Source of the DNA: an uncultured Blautia sp.
Lineage (GTDB): Bacteria; Bacillota; Clostridia; Lachnospirales; Lachnospiraceae
NCBI GenBank assembly: GCA_900549015.1
Contig: URMH01000001.1
Span: 87,775-151,774, forward strand
Direction of reading: 5' to 3'
Length of the DNA: 64,000 nt
The notes beneath the pieces are model-generated. The model was not told the DNA's origin. It did not search any database and saw only the letters and a list, made by a program, of their open reading frames with translations. Shown here in pieces: positions 28,756-39,188 of the stretch. Each line of letters begins with the position of its first letter. Within the stretch, counting starts at the first letter, position 1. The position numbers and the translations under genes were made by a program.

Positions 28756-31700
28756 ATGGGAGAAACAATTAGAATTGAGATTCCTGTATCTGTGAATGAT
28801 AATACAGACCCTGGCCTATCAAATATTACGAATAAGATGAACACCCTAGCCACTGCCGCCCAGAAGGTAAATCGGATCCTGTCATCTGGATTCAAAACCA
28901 GAGGGATTGAACAAACAGCAGAGCGAGTAGATCGAACGCTTGGACGTGAGCATTCTATTGAAGTTTCAGCAGATGACAATGCCACTCCGGTTCTTTCAAG
29001 AGTCGAAGATGCGGCTGAAAGAGTAGGAGGAATATCTGCAGATATTGAGATAGGTGCAAACGACAATGCTACCGCTGAAATATCTGGTGTCGAGGATGCA
29101 GCAGCAACCCTTGACGGAGCAAGTGCTGACGTAGAACTGGGGGCAGATGATAATGCCACCGGGGTGGTAAATAGTGTTGGAGATTCACTGTCTGTTCTAA
29201 ACGGAAATGAAGCGGTAGTAGAGCTTACTGCGGACGACAATGCTACGATGCAGATTATGGATGTGGAGGATGCTTTAGCCGCCTTGAATGGTGAAGTGGC
29301 TGTGGCCTCAGTGGAAGCTGACGATACAGCCACGCAGATAATCCGAAGCGCTGAAGATGCAGTGGCCACATTCGATGGAACTTCCGGGACAGCGGAACTG
29401 GGTGCAGATGATAATGCAAGTCCGATCATCGATGATGTGATGGATAAAGCATCAGCCTGGGACGGAAGCGTATTTACGGCAACTATGAGTATAGTAGATG
29501 CCGCTACTGCCCCAATGGGAGCGGTTTTAAATGCTGCAAAGAATCCAATAGCACAGGGCGCAACATTCCTTGGAGTGAGCGCAGGACTGGCTGATACTGT
29601 GAATACATACAAAGGGTTTGAGAGTATGATGTCACAGGTTCAGGCTATATCTGGTGCTACAGGAAAAGAATTTGATGATCTGACCGCAAAAGCACAGGAA
29701 ATGGGTGCAACTACGAAGTTTACCGCTACTGAAGCAGCTCAGGCATTTAATTACATGGCTATGGCAGGCTGGAAACCAGAGCAAATGACTGCTGGTATAT
29801 CCGGTATTATGAGTCTGGCAGCAGCTTCCGGCGAAGATCTGGCAAGCACCTCGGATATTGTTACAGATGCTTTGACAGCTTTTGGTCTGAAAGCAAAAGA
29901 TGCCGGACATTTCTCGGATGTCCTTGCAAAGGCGTCTGCTAGTTCGAATACAAACGTAGGCATGCTAGGTGAATCATTCAAATATGTTGCGCCGGTAGCA
30001 GGAGCCATGAAATATAGCGTCGAAGATACTTCTTTGGCATTAGGGCTTATGGCTAACAGTTCAATTAAAGGAAGCATGGCCGGTACAGCCTTAAAGACAT
30101 CCCTGGCTAACATGGCAGCACCAACTAACAGCATGGCAGAGGCTATGGACAAATATGGTATTAGCCTGACCGACAGCTCAGGAAACATGAAAACACTGAA
30201 AGGTGTCATGGATAATTTGCGAAGCAGTTTAGGAGGTCTTTCTGAAACTGAACAGACAGCGGCGGCATCCACCATTTTCGGAAAAGAAGCTATGAGCGGT
30301 ATGCTTGCTATCATCAATGCTTCAGAACAGGACTATAACGATCTTTCGAATGCAATCGGAAATTCAAAAGATGCAGCACAGGATATGGCTGACACCATGT
30401 TGGACAACCTAGCAGGCTCCATGACTCTTATGCAGTCGGCCGTAGAAGGCGTTCAGAACAGTTTTGGACAGAGACTTACTCCTTATGTCAGAGGATTCGT
30501 TGATTCCATTACAGATGCAATGCCGGCTGTGACGGTTGCTCTGAATGATTTTATGGACACTGTGGACAAAAAAGCAGCACACATGAAGACTGTTATCGGG
30601 ACCATGACGGCATCTGATGAGTGGCAGAATGCGGATATGTTCGGAAAGATGGATATTGCATGGGATACTCTTATCGGTCAGCCTTTTGCCGACTGGATTG
30701 GCGGAGATGGGAAACATCTGATTTCTTCCGGCCTCGGAACATTATTCTCTAGCGCGTCTGCTATTCTTCCGGGAGGAAAGAAAGCAGGCCTTTCTTCTGT
30801 GCTCAGCTCTATGCTGATCGCTAAAGGAGCAACTGGGATTCTTGGAAATGCAAAGAATATTGCGACCACCTTACAGCCTATCGGAAATGCTATTAAAAGC
30901 ATTGGACTTGCAGCACAGACAGCGCCAAGTGTTGGAGCGTTCATAAGTGATCTGGGAGCAATGGTTCCGACAGCGGCGAAATTCGGACTTGCGGCAGCGG
31001 CAGTAACAGCGGCAGTGGTTGGAATTGGTGTTGCAGTAGACAACTATAACCAGAAAGCTTTGAGCAGTAATCTGGAAGAACATTTTGGAAACATCAAACT
31101 ATCAGCTCAGGAAGTGCAGGACATTGCTTCTGGAATTCTTGATCAGAAGTACCTGGCCAATGTGGAAGTTGCCTTAAATGAGGTAAAGAACGCTGATAAG
31201 CTTCAAGAAGATGCCCAGAAGGCGCTGGAATCCAATGACGTTCTGGAGTTTAAGAGCAGAGTTGGTATTAAACTTACGACAGAAGAACAGGAAGATTACA
31301 CAAGTAATATCGAAACTTTTGTTAAGAGCAAGATTGAAGAACTGGAAAGCCGGACGTTTGCAGCGCATATCCACGTTCAGACGTATCTCGGAGGTACGGA
31401 AGAGGGACAGACATTAGCCCAGAACATCGAGAAATGGGCTACAGCGGATTATGTTGAATTGGATGGATTATCTAGCCAGTTATCACAAAAGGTCTCTGAG
31501 GCACTGAAAGATGGAATCATAGATGCAGATGAAGAAGGCGCCATCAGTGCTTTGCAGGAAAAAATGAACAGCATAACTGCCCGGTGGAAGGAATCGGAAG
31601 CACAGGCAAAATGGGACTGGATAAATCAGGAATACGGGAGCTTGAATGCAGCTGATCTGGAAAGTGGCTCATTCACTGACTTACTGGGAGCAATGAGAGA

Positions 31701-34008
31701 TCAGAGGCAATCGGCAAAGGAAAGCGTACAGGCAGATGTTGAGCAGTGGTATTCAGAGCTTAACTCGATGGAATCAGCCGGAAGAATCACATCTGCTCAG
31801 AATAAGCAGTATCACGAAATGACTGGTTGGTATGTAAAAGGGCAGGAAGGAAGTGAGCTGTCGAAGAGCTTACAGCTTGGTTCGAACACTTTGAATTCTG
31901 CATATGCTGAGAAGATTCAGAGCAACAGGCAGAGCCTTGCGGAAAATACGCAGTTTTCTATTGATTCAGCACAGAAACAATTAGAGAGCGGAGATACATC
32001 CGCTATGACCAGCGCATTGATGTACGGGTTCAACGAACTTGGCAATGGAAAAACATTAGGAATTACAACTGATGCTACACAGAATGCCTTGAGTACCATG
32101 TATGAGAGCATGAAACCTGATGTAACACAGATGCAGGGCCTAATTGACGATTACCGGGAAGCGGGGAAAGCAGTTCCGCAAAGCCTTATGGATTCATTTA
32201 ATGATGCTATTGAGGTTGGAGCAGCTGCTGGCGATACGTCTGCAACATGGCAGAACTATGCTAATCAGATCTGGAAGAATGGAAGTGATGAATTAAAAGC
32301 ATCACTTACGGATCCGAGCAATCCAATGTATGAAACGGTCCGCAGTCAGTTGCCTCCTGAACTTGCAGAAGCGATTGACAGGGCGGCGGCAGAGACTACA
32401 ACTGAAGATGTGACACTTGAAGGACTGAAAGCTTCTGTTGATGGAGACGTTGATATTGACAAAGATGCATGGACTTCAAAGCTGAATGAAGCTCTTGGTG
32501 ACTTGGGTGAAACACAGGAGGTTACCGCTGATCATGTAAAGATTAAGGTTGATCAAGGCGATTGCCTATGGGAAATTGGCAACGCTCTTGGAATTGACTG
32601 GCAGACCATTGCAGAACAGAATGGCATCGAAAGCCCGTATGTTATTCACCCAGACCAGGAACTGACTATTTCCATGGATACGTTGACTGCAGAAGTTGAC
32701 GGAGACAAGGCTCAGGCTGCTATCGAGCAGGCTATGTCGGCTCTGAATGCAGAAGGAGCAGAAATGTCTGTGACAGCAGAAGGAGTCAAAGTTGATCTGG
32801 CAGATGTAGAAGTGGATTCCGATACAGCGGCGGCTCAGATTGAGGCAGCTCTCGGCATGGAATCCGGGACACTTGCGGCAAATGGAATTGAAGTGCAGGC
32901 AGGCGCATCTGTTACTATCCCATCAGAACTGGTAACGGTGGATACATCTGGCATGCAGTCTGCAACCGAACAGGCAGCAGATGAAACGGAAACAGAGCCT
33001 ATTGAGCAGGAAGCATCTGCAAATGTAAATGTCACAAATACAACGACCGACACCTCCGGAATGCAGGCACAGGCGGAAGAAGATGCAAAAGGTGCCGTAG
33101 GAGATGTACCAGTTGAAGGCAGTGCAAATGTTACCTTCTCAGGCACGACAACAGACACTTCTGGCGTTGTGGAGCAGGTAACAGCAGATATTGAGAGCGC
33201 AGTAAGTGATGTTCCGGCCAATGGTCATGCGAGCATCACGTTAGATCAGTCCAATAATGCGGCTGAGATTTATTCTCTCGCAACAGCTGATGTAGTATCT
33301 GCTTTCTCGGAGACAATTCCAGCAGACGGACATGTTGATGTCACACTTGACCAGACGAATAATGCGGCAGCTATTTACTCAGAATGTGCCGGACAGGTAC
33401 AAAGCACATTCTCACAGGGCTTCACTGCATCTGCAGATGTTGCGGTTACATTGAACTGGCATATTACGAATCCATCAGCTAGCATTTCCACATCAAGTAG
33501 CGGATCATCTGTATCAGCCACTATAGCCGGGCACGCTTCAGGCGGTGAAGTCGGATTGAATGGAGCTGAGCTGTCGTGGGTAGGTGAGGAAGGATTGGAA
33601 TATATCATTCCTACAGTGCCGGCCAGACGGCAGAGAGGTATTGAATTGTGGAAATCCGCAGGACGGACACTGGGAGTTCTTGGTCCTGATGATGAGATAT
33701 CAGCACATGCGAGCGGAGGAATCGTTGGCAAAGAAGTATCAAACACGATACCTTATTTCGACACAGATTCCAGTTCACAAGATTCTGAAAAAACAGAGAA
33801 AGAAACTGTGCCAACGAATGTAGTGTCAGACAAATCTGGCGTTGTGGTACAGGTTAACCTCTCCCCGCAGTTCAATATATCAGATACAAATGACAGTGAT
33901 GTTATTCGGCTCATCAAAGCGCATATCAAGGAGCTGGCTGACGATCTTGGAAGCGAAATTGCAACAATGCTCAGCGAAGCTTATGAGAATACGCCTGTTA
34001 CAACATAA
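28756..34008 (+). CDS. tail tape measure protein (TP901-family core, internal LysM domain)
   Basis: 1750 aa; core MGATTKFTATEAAQAFNYMAMAGW typical of the tape-measure core domain; LysM-like VKIKVDQGDCLWEIGNALGIDWQTIAEQNG at 32534-32670. Confidence 0.85.
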   Translation: MGETIRIEIPVSVNDNTDPGLSNITNKMNTLATAAQKVNRILSSGFKTRGIEQTAERVDRTLGREHSIEVSADDNATPVLSRVEDAAERVGGISADIEIGANDNATAEISGVEDAAATLDGASADVELGADDNATGVVNSVGDSLSVLNGNEAVVELTADDNATMQIMDVEDALAALNGEVAVASVEADDTATQIIRSAEDAVATFDGTSGTAELGADDNASPIIDDVMDKASAWDGSVFTATMSIVDAATAPMGAVLNAAKNPIAQGATFLGVSAGLADTVNTYKGFESMMSQVQAISGATGKEFDDLTAKAQEMGATTKFTATEAAQAFNYMAMAGWKPEQMTAGISGIMSLAAASGEDLASTSDIVTDALTAFGLKAKDAGHFSDVLAKASASSNTNVGMLGESFKYVAPVAGAMKYSVEDTSLALGLMANSSIKGSMAGTALKTSLANMAAPTNSMAEAMDKYGISLTDSSGNMKTLKGVMDNLRSSLGGLSETEQTAAASTIFGKEAMSGMLAIINASEQDYNDLSNAIGNSKDAAQDMADTMLDNLAGSMTLMQSAVEGVQNSFGQRLTPYVRGFVDSITDAMPAVTVALNDFMDTVDKKAAHMKTVIGTMTASDEWQNADMFGKMDIAWDTLIGQPFADWIGGDGKHLISSGLGTLFSSASAILPGGKKAGLSSVLSSMLIAKGATGILGNAKNIATTLQPIGNAIKSIGLAAQTAPSVGAFISDLGAMVPTAAKFGLAAAAVTAAVVGIGVAVDNYNQKALSSNLEEHFGNIKLSAQEVQDIASGILDQKYLANVEVALNEVKNADKLQEDAQKALESNDVLEFKSRVGIKLTTEEQEDYTSNIETFVKSKIEELESRTFAAHIHVQTYLGGTEEGQTLAQNIEKWATADYVELDGLSSQLSQKVSEALKDGIIDADEEGAISALQEKMNSITARWKESEAQAKWDWINQEYGSLNAADLESGSFTDLLGAMRDQRQSAKESVQADVEQWYSELNSMESAGRITSAQNKQYHEMTGWYVKGQEGSELSKSLQLGSNTLNSAYAEKIQSNRQSLAENTQFSIDSAQKQLESGDTSAMTSALMYGFNELGNGKTLGITTDATQNALSTMYESMKPDVTQMQGLIDDYREAGKAVPQSLMDSFNDAIEVGAAAGDTSATWQNYANQIWKNGSDELKASLTDPSNPMYETVRSQLPPELAEAIDRAAAETTTEDVTLEGLKASVDGDVDIDKDAWTSKLNEALGDLGETQEVTADHVKIKVDQGDCLWEIGNALGIDWQTIAEQNGIESPYVIHPDQELTISMDTLTAEVDGDKAQAAIEQAMSALNAEGAEMSVTAEGVKVDLADVEVDSDTAAAQIEAALGMESGTLAANGIEVQAGASVTIPSELVTVDTSGMQSATEQAADETETEPIEQEASANVNVTNTTTDTSGMQAQAEEDAKGAVGDVPVEGSANVTFSGTTTDTSGVVEQVTADIESAVSDVPANGHASITLDQSNNAAEIYSLATADVVSAFSETIPADGHVDVTLDQTNNAAAIYSECAGQVQSTFSQGFTASADVAVTLNWHITNPSASISTSSSGSSVSATIAGHASGGEVGLNGAELSWVGEEGLEYIIPTVPARRQRGIELWKSAGRTLGVLGPDDEISAHASGGIVGKEVSNTIPYFDTDSSSQDSEKTEKETVPTNVVSDKSGVVVQVNLSPQFNISDTNDSDVIRLIKAHIKELADDLGSEIATMLSEAYENTPVTT
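28957..29495 (+). repeat. six tandem ~87-nt (29-aa) coding repeats in the tape-measure N-terminal region
   Basis: Repeating A(D/N)DNAT..I..VEDA.A.L.G..A.VEL units read from the translation. Confidence 0.6.
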
Positions 34009-34017
34009 GGAGGGAAC

Positions 34018-34716
34018 ATGGGAGCGATATTAAAAGAATTGCATAATTCGGCATCGAAGTTCCAGTTCCCTTCGATGCCAAAAGATGATGTTGATGTAAA
34101 AAGAGAAACAGCATATCAGGAATATAACATTCTTGGAAAAGGAAAAATGAGTTACCCATCTGGTATGGGTACTCAGATTATAAAATGGTCTGGATATTTC
34201 TGGGGGGCAGGCAGAAAAAAGCTTGCCTCCGTAAACCAGAAATGGATAGCGCCAAAAACCTGCGCCAGCAAACTGAAAAGCTGGCAGACAAAAAAGACAC
34301 CTTTAAATCTGGTGGTTTCTGAAGCTGGTATCAATGAAGATGTTACTATCAAATCTTTTGAGTATAAGCCTTTTGGCGGACATGGGGACTATTCGTACGA
34401 GATATCTTTTGTTCCATATGTCGAGATGAAGATTTATACAACAAAGGAACTGGGGACTAAGAAAAAAGCTAAAAAGAAAAAGAAAACCACTAGGCCAAGT
34501 ACCAAGAAATCTACTAAAAAGAAAAAGACCTACAGGATTGTCCGAGGCGATACGCTTTGCGGAATATCTCGTAAGAAATATAAAACTGAATCAAAGTGGA
34601 GAAATATCTACAATGCCAATAAGAAGGTTATTGAAGCGGCTGCTAAGAAACATGGCCGGCGCAATAGCGACAACGGACATTGGATATATCCAGGAACAGT
34701 ACTGACTTTACCATAA
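34018..34716 (+). CDS. XkdP-like LysM-domain tail protein
   Basis: C-terminal LysM YRIVRGDTLCGISRKKY...WIYPGTVLTLP; Lys-rich linker; position after the tape measure gene. Confidence 0.6.
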   Translation: MGAILKELHNSASKFQFPSMPKDDVDVKRETAYQEYNILGKGKMSYPSGMGTQIIKWSGYFWGAGRKKLASVNQKWIAPKTCASKLKSWQTKKTPLNLVVSEAGINEDVTIKSFEYKPFGGHGDYSYEISFVPYVEMKIYTTKELGTKKKAKKKKKTTRPSTKKSTKKKKTYRIVRGDTLCGISRKKYKTESKWRNIYNANKKVIEAAAKKHGRRNSDNGHWIYPGTVLTLP

Positions 34717-34729
34717 GGAGGCGAGAGTA

Positions 34730-35986
34730 TTGATAAATCCAATGAAATATAAATACCTCGTGGCCATTATGACTGCAGATAAAAAGGCTTACGACATCAC
34801 GCAATTTGTCGAAGATGTATCCTGGGAAGAGGGAGAGAACCAGCTTGCGGCCAGAATTAGTTTTTCAGCCAAGAACGATAAAACTTCAAAGGGAAGAATT
34901 TCTTCTCTTGCCAAGCCTGGGTGTTATGCAGCACTTTTGTATTCCTATAATGGCGGCAAAAATGCCGAAGCAACCAGAGGAAAAATAGTTGAATGGAATC
35001 CTTCAGCGAGAACATCCGGAGAGAAGTTTAAGGTAAAGGCATACGATGTTCTATATGATCTGCAGGAATCACAAGATCATGTATATTTTTCAGCTGGCGT
35101 AAAGACAAAGTCAGCCATAGTCCAAGTGTTGAAACGCTGGGGCATAAAGGTCACATCTTACAGCGGACCAAATGTGAAGCATGGGAAACTGGCTTATAAG
35201 TCTGAAAAGCTTGGAACAGTGGTTGTGAAAATCCTCAAGGAAGCCAAAAAGAAAGGTGGCATTGAGGCATGTCTGCGGGCTGTGAAAATGAATGTGACCG
35301 TAGTTGGTTTTGGAACAAATAAAACAGTATATCATTTTGAAGAAACACAGCATCTTACAGAAGTAAACCATAAGATCAGCACTACCGGGATGGTTACAAG
35401 GGTAAAAATCATCGGAAAAGCAAATGATGATGGATGCTCACCTGTTGAGGCTACAGTTGATGGAAAGACAAGCTACGGAATCCGACAGAAGATTGTTTCC
35501 AGGGGAACCAATGATACTTTGGATGAGGCAAAAAAAGAAGCGAGAGAGATCCTTGCAGATGATGGCAAACCAAAGGAAGAAATCACGATAAAACTTCCGG
35601 ATATTCCTATCATTCGGAAGGGTGACAAGATTCATCTAAAAACAGCTTCAATAAGTGCTGGGTATTATATCGTAATATCTGCTACGCATGATGTAGATAA
35701 AATGCTTATGACACTGGGATTGAAAAAAGCACCGGCAGCAAAAAAGAGCAGTGGGAATAAAAAAACAAAAGCAAAATCATATGATGTTGGGGACATTGTT
35801 AATTTCCATGGCGGTAAGCATTATGTCAGCAGTTATCCAGATGCCAGAGGATACAGTGTAGGAGCCGGAAAAGCAAAAATCACGATCAAAGGTGGTTCCG
35901 GAAAAGCACACCCATGGCATCTGGTTACACAAAACTGGAATCAGACTCATGTCTGGGGCTGGGTTGACGATGGATCATTTGACTGA
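34730..35986 (+). CDS. XkdQ-like tail/baseplate hub protein with C-terminal extension
   Basis: Position and size in the PBSX-like order P-Q-R-S-T-U; TTG start 8 nt after AAGGAGG. Confidence 0.45.
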   Translation: MINPMKYKYLVAIMTADKKAYDITQFVEDVSWEEGENQLAARISFSAKNDKTSKGRISSLAKPGCYAALLYSYNGGKNAEATRGKIVEWNPSARTSGEKFKVKAYDVLYDLQESQDHVYFSAGVKTKSAIVQVLKRWGIKVTSYSGPNVKHGKLAYKSEKLGTVVVKILKEAKKKGGIEACLRAVKMNVTVVGFGTNKTVYHFEETQHLTEVNHKISTTGMVTRVKIIGKANDDGCSPVEATVDGKTSYGIRQKIVSRGTNDTLDEAKKEAREILADDGKPKEEITIKLPDIPIIRKGDKIHLKTASISAGYYIVISATHDVDKMLMTLGLKKAPAAKKSSGNKKTKAKSYDVGDIVNFHGGKHYVSSYPDARGYSVGAGKAKITIKGGSGKAHPWHLVTQNWNQTHVWGWVDDGSFD

Positions 35987-35999
35987 CAGGAGGAACATT

Positions 36000-36359
36000 A
36001 TGTCAAAAATGGAAAAAAATGGAATGGAAAAGCTTGCAAAGGTATTGGATTCGAGAATGGGAGAACACTCAGGAGGAGGATTTTCGTTCGACTTTGGAGT
36101 GATTAAGAAAGATTATTCCCTTGTTTCCAATACCTTTCCTTTGCCTATTCCTAAAAAGGATTATTCCGTCTGCAGACTTTTGGCCAATCTATCAACCAAC
36201 GTATCTGGAGGAACGCACGGAGGGCATAACAGCGGAACGGGATCACATAGCCATAAGGTGGTTATGCCTAAGTTAAAACCGGGAGATCGTGTGCTTATCG
36301 TATGGGTTGAGGGAGAACCTGTAGTCGTAGATGTAGTAGTCAAGGCAAGTGGATTATAG
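36000..36359 (+). CDS. XkdR-like (DUF2577-like) small baseplate protein
   Basis: RBS GGAGGAAC; GDRVLIVWVEGEPVVV C-terminal motif; position. Confidence 0.4.
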   Translation: MSKMEKNGMEKLAKVLDSRMGEHSGGGFSFDFGVIKKDYSLVSNTFPLPIPKKDYSVCRLLANLSTNVSGGTHGGHNSGTGSHSHKVVMPKLKPGDRVLIVWVEGEPVVVDVVVKASGL

Positions 36360-36367
36360 GAGGCAAT

Positions 36368-36829
36368 ATGGAAGAAGAATCAAAAAATTTACTGCCGACT
36401 GTGGATGTTCCAGATTTTGTGGATGAGGAGGAAGACGAAGAATATGACGTTGACTATAAACCATCGCCAATGTGGGATCTTGAAAAAGGAGATTTTGTTC
36501 GCACCGCCGCAAATAATGTGCCAATGAACGATGGATATGAAGCATATAAAATATGGTGTGTAAAAACGGTATCTACAGAAAGATATTCTTGCCTGGGATA
36601 TTCGGATGATCATGGAACTGAAACGGAAGATATAACAAGAGAATCTGACCAAAGCACTGTAGAACTTTCTCTAGAAAGGACAATCCAGGAAGCTCTGATG
36701 GTCAATCCGCGAACATCATCGGTAGAAGAGTTTTCTTTTGAATGGGGTACTGGGAGGGTAAAAGTATCATTCATAGTTTATTCAGTTGATGGAGAACCTT
36801 TTACCGTTGATTCAATCATTGAAGTTTAG
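36368..36829 (+). CDS. XkdS-like / gp25-like baseplate protein
   Basis: Position before the baseplate J gene; size 153 aa. Confidence 0.4.
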   Translation: MEEESKNLLPTVDVPDFVDEEEDEEYDVDYKPSPMWDLEKGDFVRTAANNVPMNDGYEAYKIWCVKTVSTERYSCLGYSDDHGTETEDITRESDQSTVELSLERTIQEALMVNPRTSSVEEFSFEWGTGRVKVSFIVYSVDGEPFTVDSIIEV

Positions 36830-36843
36830 AGGAGGTGGTTAAT

Positions 36844-37983
36844 ATGGCTAGACCAGAGTTTGAAGTTCCGGAATTTGTGTCAGAAAGTGATTCTGACCAG
36901 ATACAGGAGAGGATGATGGGGAACCTTCCGGCGGATATATCGGATATGGAAGGTGATTTCCCATATGATTTTACCATGCCTACGGCCATCGAAATATCTC
37001 AGCTTGTACAGTTCAATCTTGTTCGCTGCCTGATGGTTGCGTTTCCGGAATATTCTTGGGGCGATTGGATGGATCTGCATGGTGGAGAAGCAGGAGTGAC
37101 AAGAAAAGAAGCTGTAGCAGCAACTGGAACAGTGTCTGTTACGGCGGCTTATGGCACAGTATTGGCAGCAGGCACAGTTTTTGCAGTTCCTGCAACAGAT
37201 CAGATGGAAGCTGTTGAATTCCAGACTTTGCGAACTGTTACGTTCGCAGAGAATGAAACCATGGATCTTGCGGTTGAAGCGGTCATTCCTGGAGTATCTG
37301 GGAATGTTCCGGCAAATACGATTACAATTATGGCATCACCGATCAATGGCGTTACAGCGATTACCAACAGCGAGAAAACTTCGGGCGGTGCCGAAGAAGA
37401 AAACGATGAAGATTATTACGAAAGAATCCATGCTGAATTCCAAGATTCGCAGTTCTATGTCGCGAATGATGCTGACTATATTAAGTGGGCCAAAGAAGTT
37501 CCCGGGATTGGAGATTGTATTGTAGAACCAGCTGTTGAAGGACCTGGAACAGTGGGACTGATCTTAGTTGATAGCAACGGACAGCCCGCATCAAGTACAT
37601 TGGTCACAGCAGTTTACAACCACATCGTTTCTCCGAACGACAGGAGCAAAAGACTGTTGCCTACTGGATCGTCTAAGCTGATTGTCAAGTCAGCTACAGT
37701 AAAAACTGTAGATTTTGCCTGTACAGGACTTGTTCTGGATGGCGTTGGATTGGATGATGTAATCTCGACATTCAAAACTGAAATGATGGCAGTCTATTCT
37801 GCGGCGAAAGAAACAAATATCCTTCGCTACAATTCAGCTCGAACAGTATTGTCAACCATAACCGGAGTAAGCGATTTCATAGATTTTACGATGGATGGAA
37901 AGAGAGAAAACATTCACCTTTCATCAAGCGAGTATGCAGATACCGGTAATGTGACATTTACATTAGAGGGGGCTGAGACATGA
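36844..37983 (+). CDS. baseplate J-like protein (XkdT-like)
   Basis: 380 aa; N-terminal region resembles the Baseplate_J family; gene order. Confidence 0.6.
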   Translation: MARPEFEVPEFVSESDSDQIQERMMGNLPADISDMEGDFPYDFTMPTAIEISQLVQFNLVRCLMVAFPEYSWGDWMDLHGGEAGVTRKEAVAATGTVSVTAAYGTVLAAGTVFAVPATDQMEAVEFQTLRTVTFAENETMDLAVEAVIPGVSGNVPANTITIMASPINGVTAITNSEKTSGGAEEENDEDYYERIHAEFQDSQFYVANDADYIKWAKEVPGIGDCIVEPAVEGPGTVGLILVDSNGQPASSTLVTAVYNHIVSPNDRSKRLLPTGSSKLIVKSATVKTVDFACTGLVLDGVGLDDVISTFKTEMMAVYSAAKETNILRYNSARTVLSTITGVSDFIDFTMDGKRENIHLSSSEYADTGNVTFTLEGAET

Positions 37984-39188
37984 GTATAGATCTGGAAAGA
38001 TTCCCATGGAGCGATTCGGCCAACAGAATGCTGACATATGTAACTAAAGGCTGGTATGATAAATCCTATGTCGGAAAATGGATATACGAAGTTATGGGCA
38101 GAGAGCTTGATCTGGCCACTGTGCATATTGAAGAACTTCCATACCAGATGTTTATCGATACAGCTACATGGGGGCTTAAATATCATGAGATCAAGTATGG
38201 ATTGCCCGTAAGAGAGGACCTGTCATATGAAGAAAGACGACGGCTGCTCCGTGAAAAGAAAAACACAAAAGCACCAATGACCCCATGGCGAATGGAACAG
38301 ATTTTAAAAGGCGTGACGGATTATGATGTCCAGGTTCATGATTGTAATGAGCCTGGATATTATTTTTCTCACCCTAACATATTCAGCGTTCAATTGGAAG
38401 GTGAAACAGAGGTAGAACTAGGAGAAGTTAAGAGTAAAGTCGATAAGCTGAAACAATCACACACAGTATATCTTCTTTCTGTTATCCTCATGCTTATTGA
38501 ATGCACAGAGAGCTTTGAACAGAGAGTGACGTATCATTCAGATTTTTCATGGTGGAAGTATTCTCTTGATGGCTCCTTCGCTCTTGACGGCAGTATCAAT
38601 CTGAATCATTGGTATCCGACAGAATTTCGCCCAGTCTATCCATTCGATACAGTCTTAACTGAGAATTTTATAGCAGATCGAATTTTTCACCGGATTCCAG
38701 ATGTATATCATGAAAATATATTTAAGCCTTCCTTTTTCGTACGAAGTGATTTTGTATGGTGGGAAGGTTTTCTTGATGGAAACTTTTCACTGGACGGAAC
38801 GAGAAAGCTCAATTCTTGGTATCCGATGGAAACTTTTATCGGGCATAGGCTGTTTATCGGCAATCAGGAGGCTTTTGAAACGAAACAGTGTATTTCATTG
38901 CCTGATATGATTAATGCTGAGAAAGCTGATTTTAGAGGCACACAGAGGGTAATTATGGGCTGGCGTGATGGTAATAAGATTCTGGACGGCAACTGTTTGT
39001 TAGACGGGACTTTATTGCTTGATGCAGGAGAGCCGCCATATCTGCAGACAGTTCGGATTCGTGCGCCTGTTAAACATGAAGAAGAAGTAGAGGTCACAAT
39101 GGTTATTCCTTCACGGGCCGCAAGACTGGATGGAACGTGTAGGCTAGATGGAAGCGTAAAACTAAATTCAGGAAGGGAGGTCCTTTAA
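37980..39188 (+). CDS. XkdU-like (DUF2313) tail protein with four C-terminal LDGxxxLDG repeats
   Basis: N-terminal 180 aa resemble DUF2313/XkdU; C-terminal units LDGSFALDGSINLNHWYP / LDGNFSLDGTRKLNSWYP / LDGNCLLDGTLLLDAG / LDGTCRLDGSVKLNSG. Confidence 0.5.
   Translation: MSIDLERFPWSDSANRMLTYVTKGWYDKSYVGKWIYEVMGRELDLATVHIEELPYQMFIDTATWGLKYHEIKYGLPVREDLSYEERRRLLREKKNTKAPMTPWRMEQILKGVTDYDVQVHDCNEPGYYFSHPNIFSVQLEGETEVELGEVKSKVDKLKQSHTVYLLSVILMLIECTESFEQRVTYHSDFSWWKYSLDGSFALDGSINLNHWYPTEFRPVYPFDTVLTENFIADRIFHRIPDVYHENIFKPSFFVRSDFVWWEGFLDGNFSLDGTRKLNSWYPMETFIGHRLFIGNQEAFETKQCISLPDMINAEKADFRGTQRVIMGWRDGNKILDGNCLLDGTLLLDAGEPPYLQTVRIRAPVKHEEEVEVTMVIPSRAARLDGTCRLDGSVKLNSGREVL

Noticed and set aside
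28957-29495. Tandem repeats considered as a possible CRISPR array
   Set aside because: The units are in-frame 87-nt coding repeats inside the tape measure gene, with diverged spacing and no repeat-spacer architecture. No CRISPR array is present in the window.
28596-33746. Long minus-strand ORFs (28596..29612 of 338 aa, 29751..30317, 30678..31043, 32835..33221, 33375..33746) antisense to the tape measure gene
   Set aside because: They are low-complexity Ala/Ser/Thr-rich translations of the reverse strand of a well-supported 1750-aa tape measure gene, lack RBSs, and break the uniform + strand operon.
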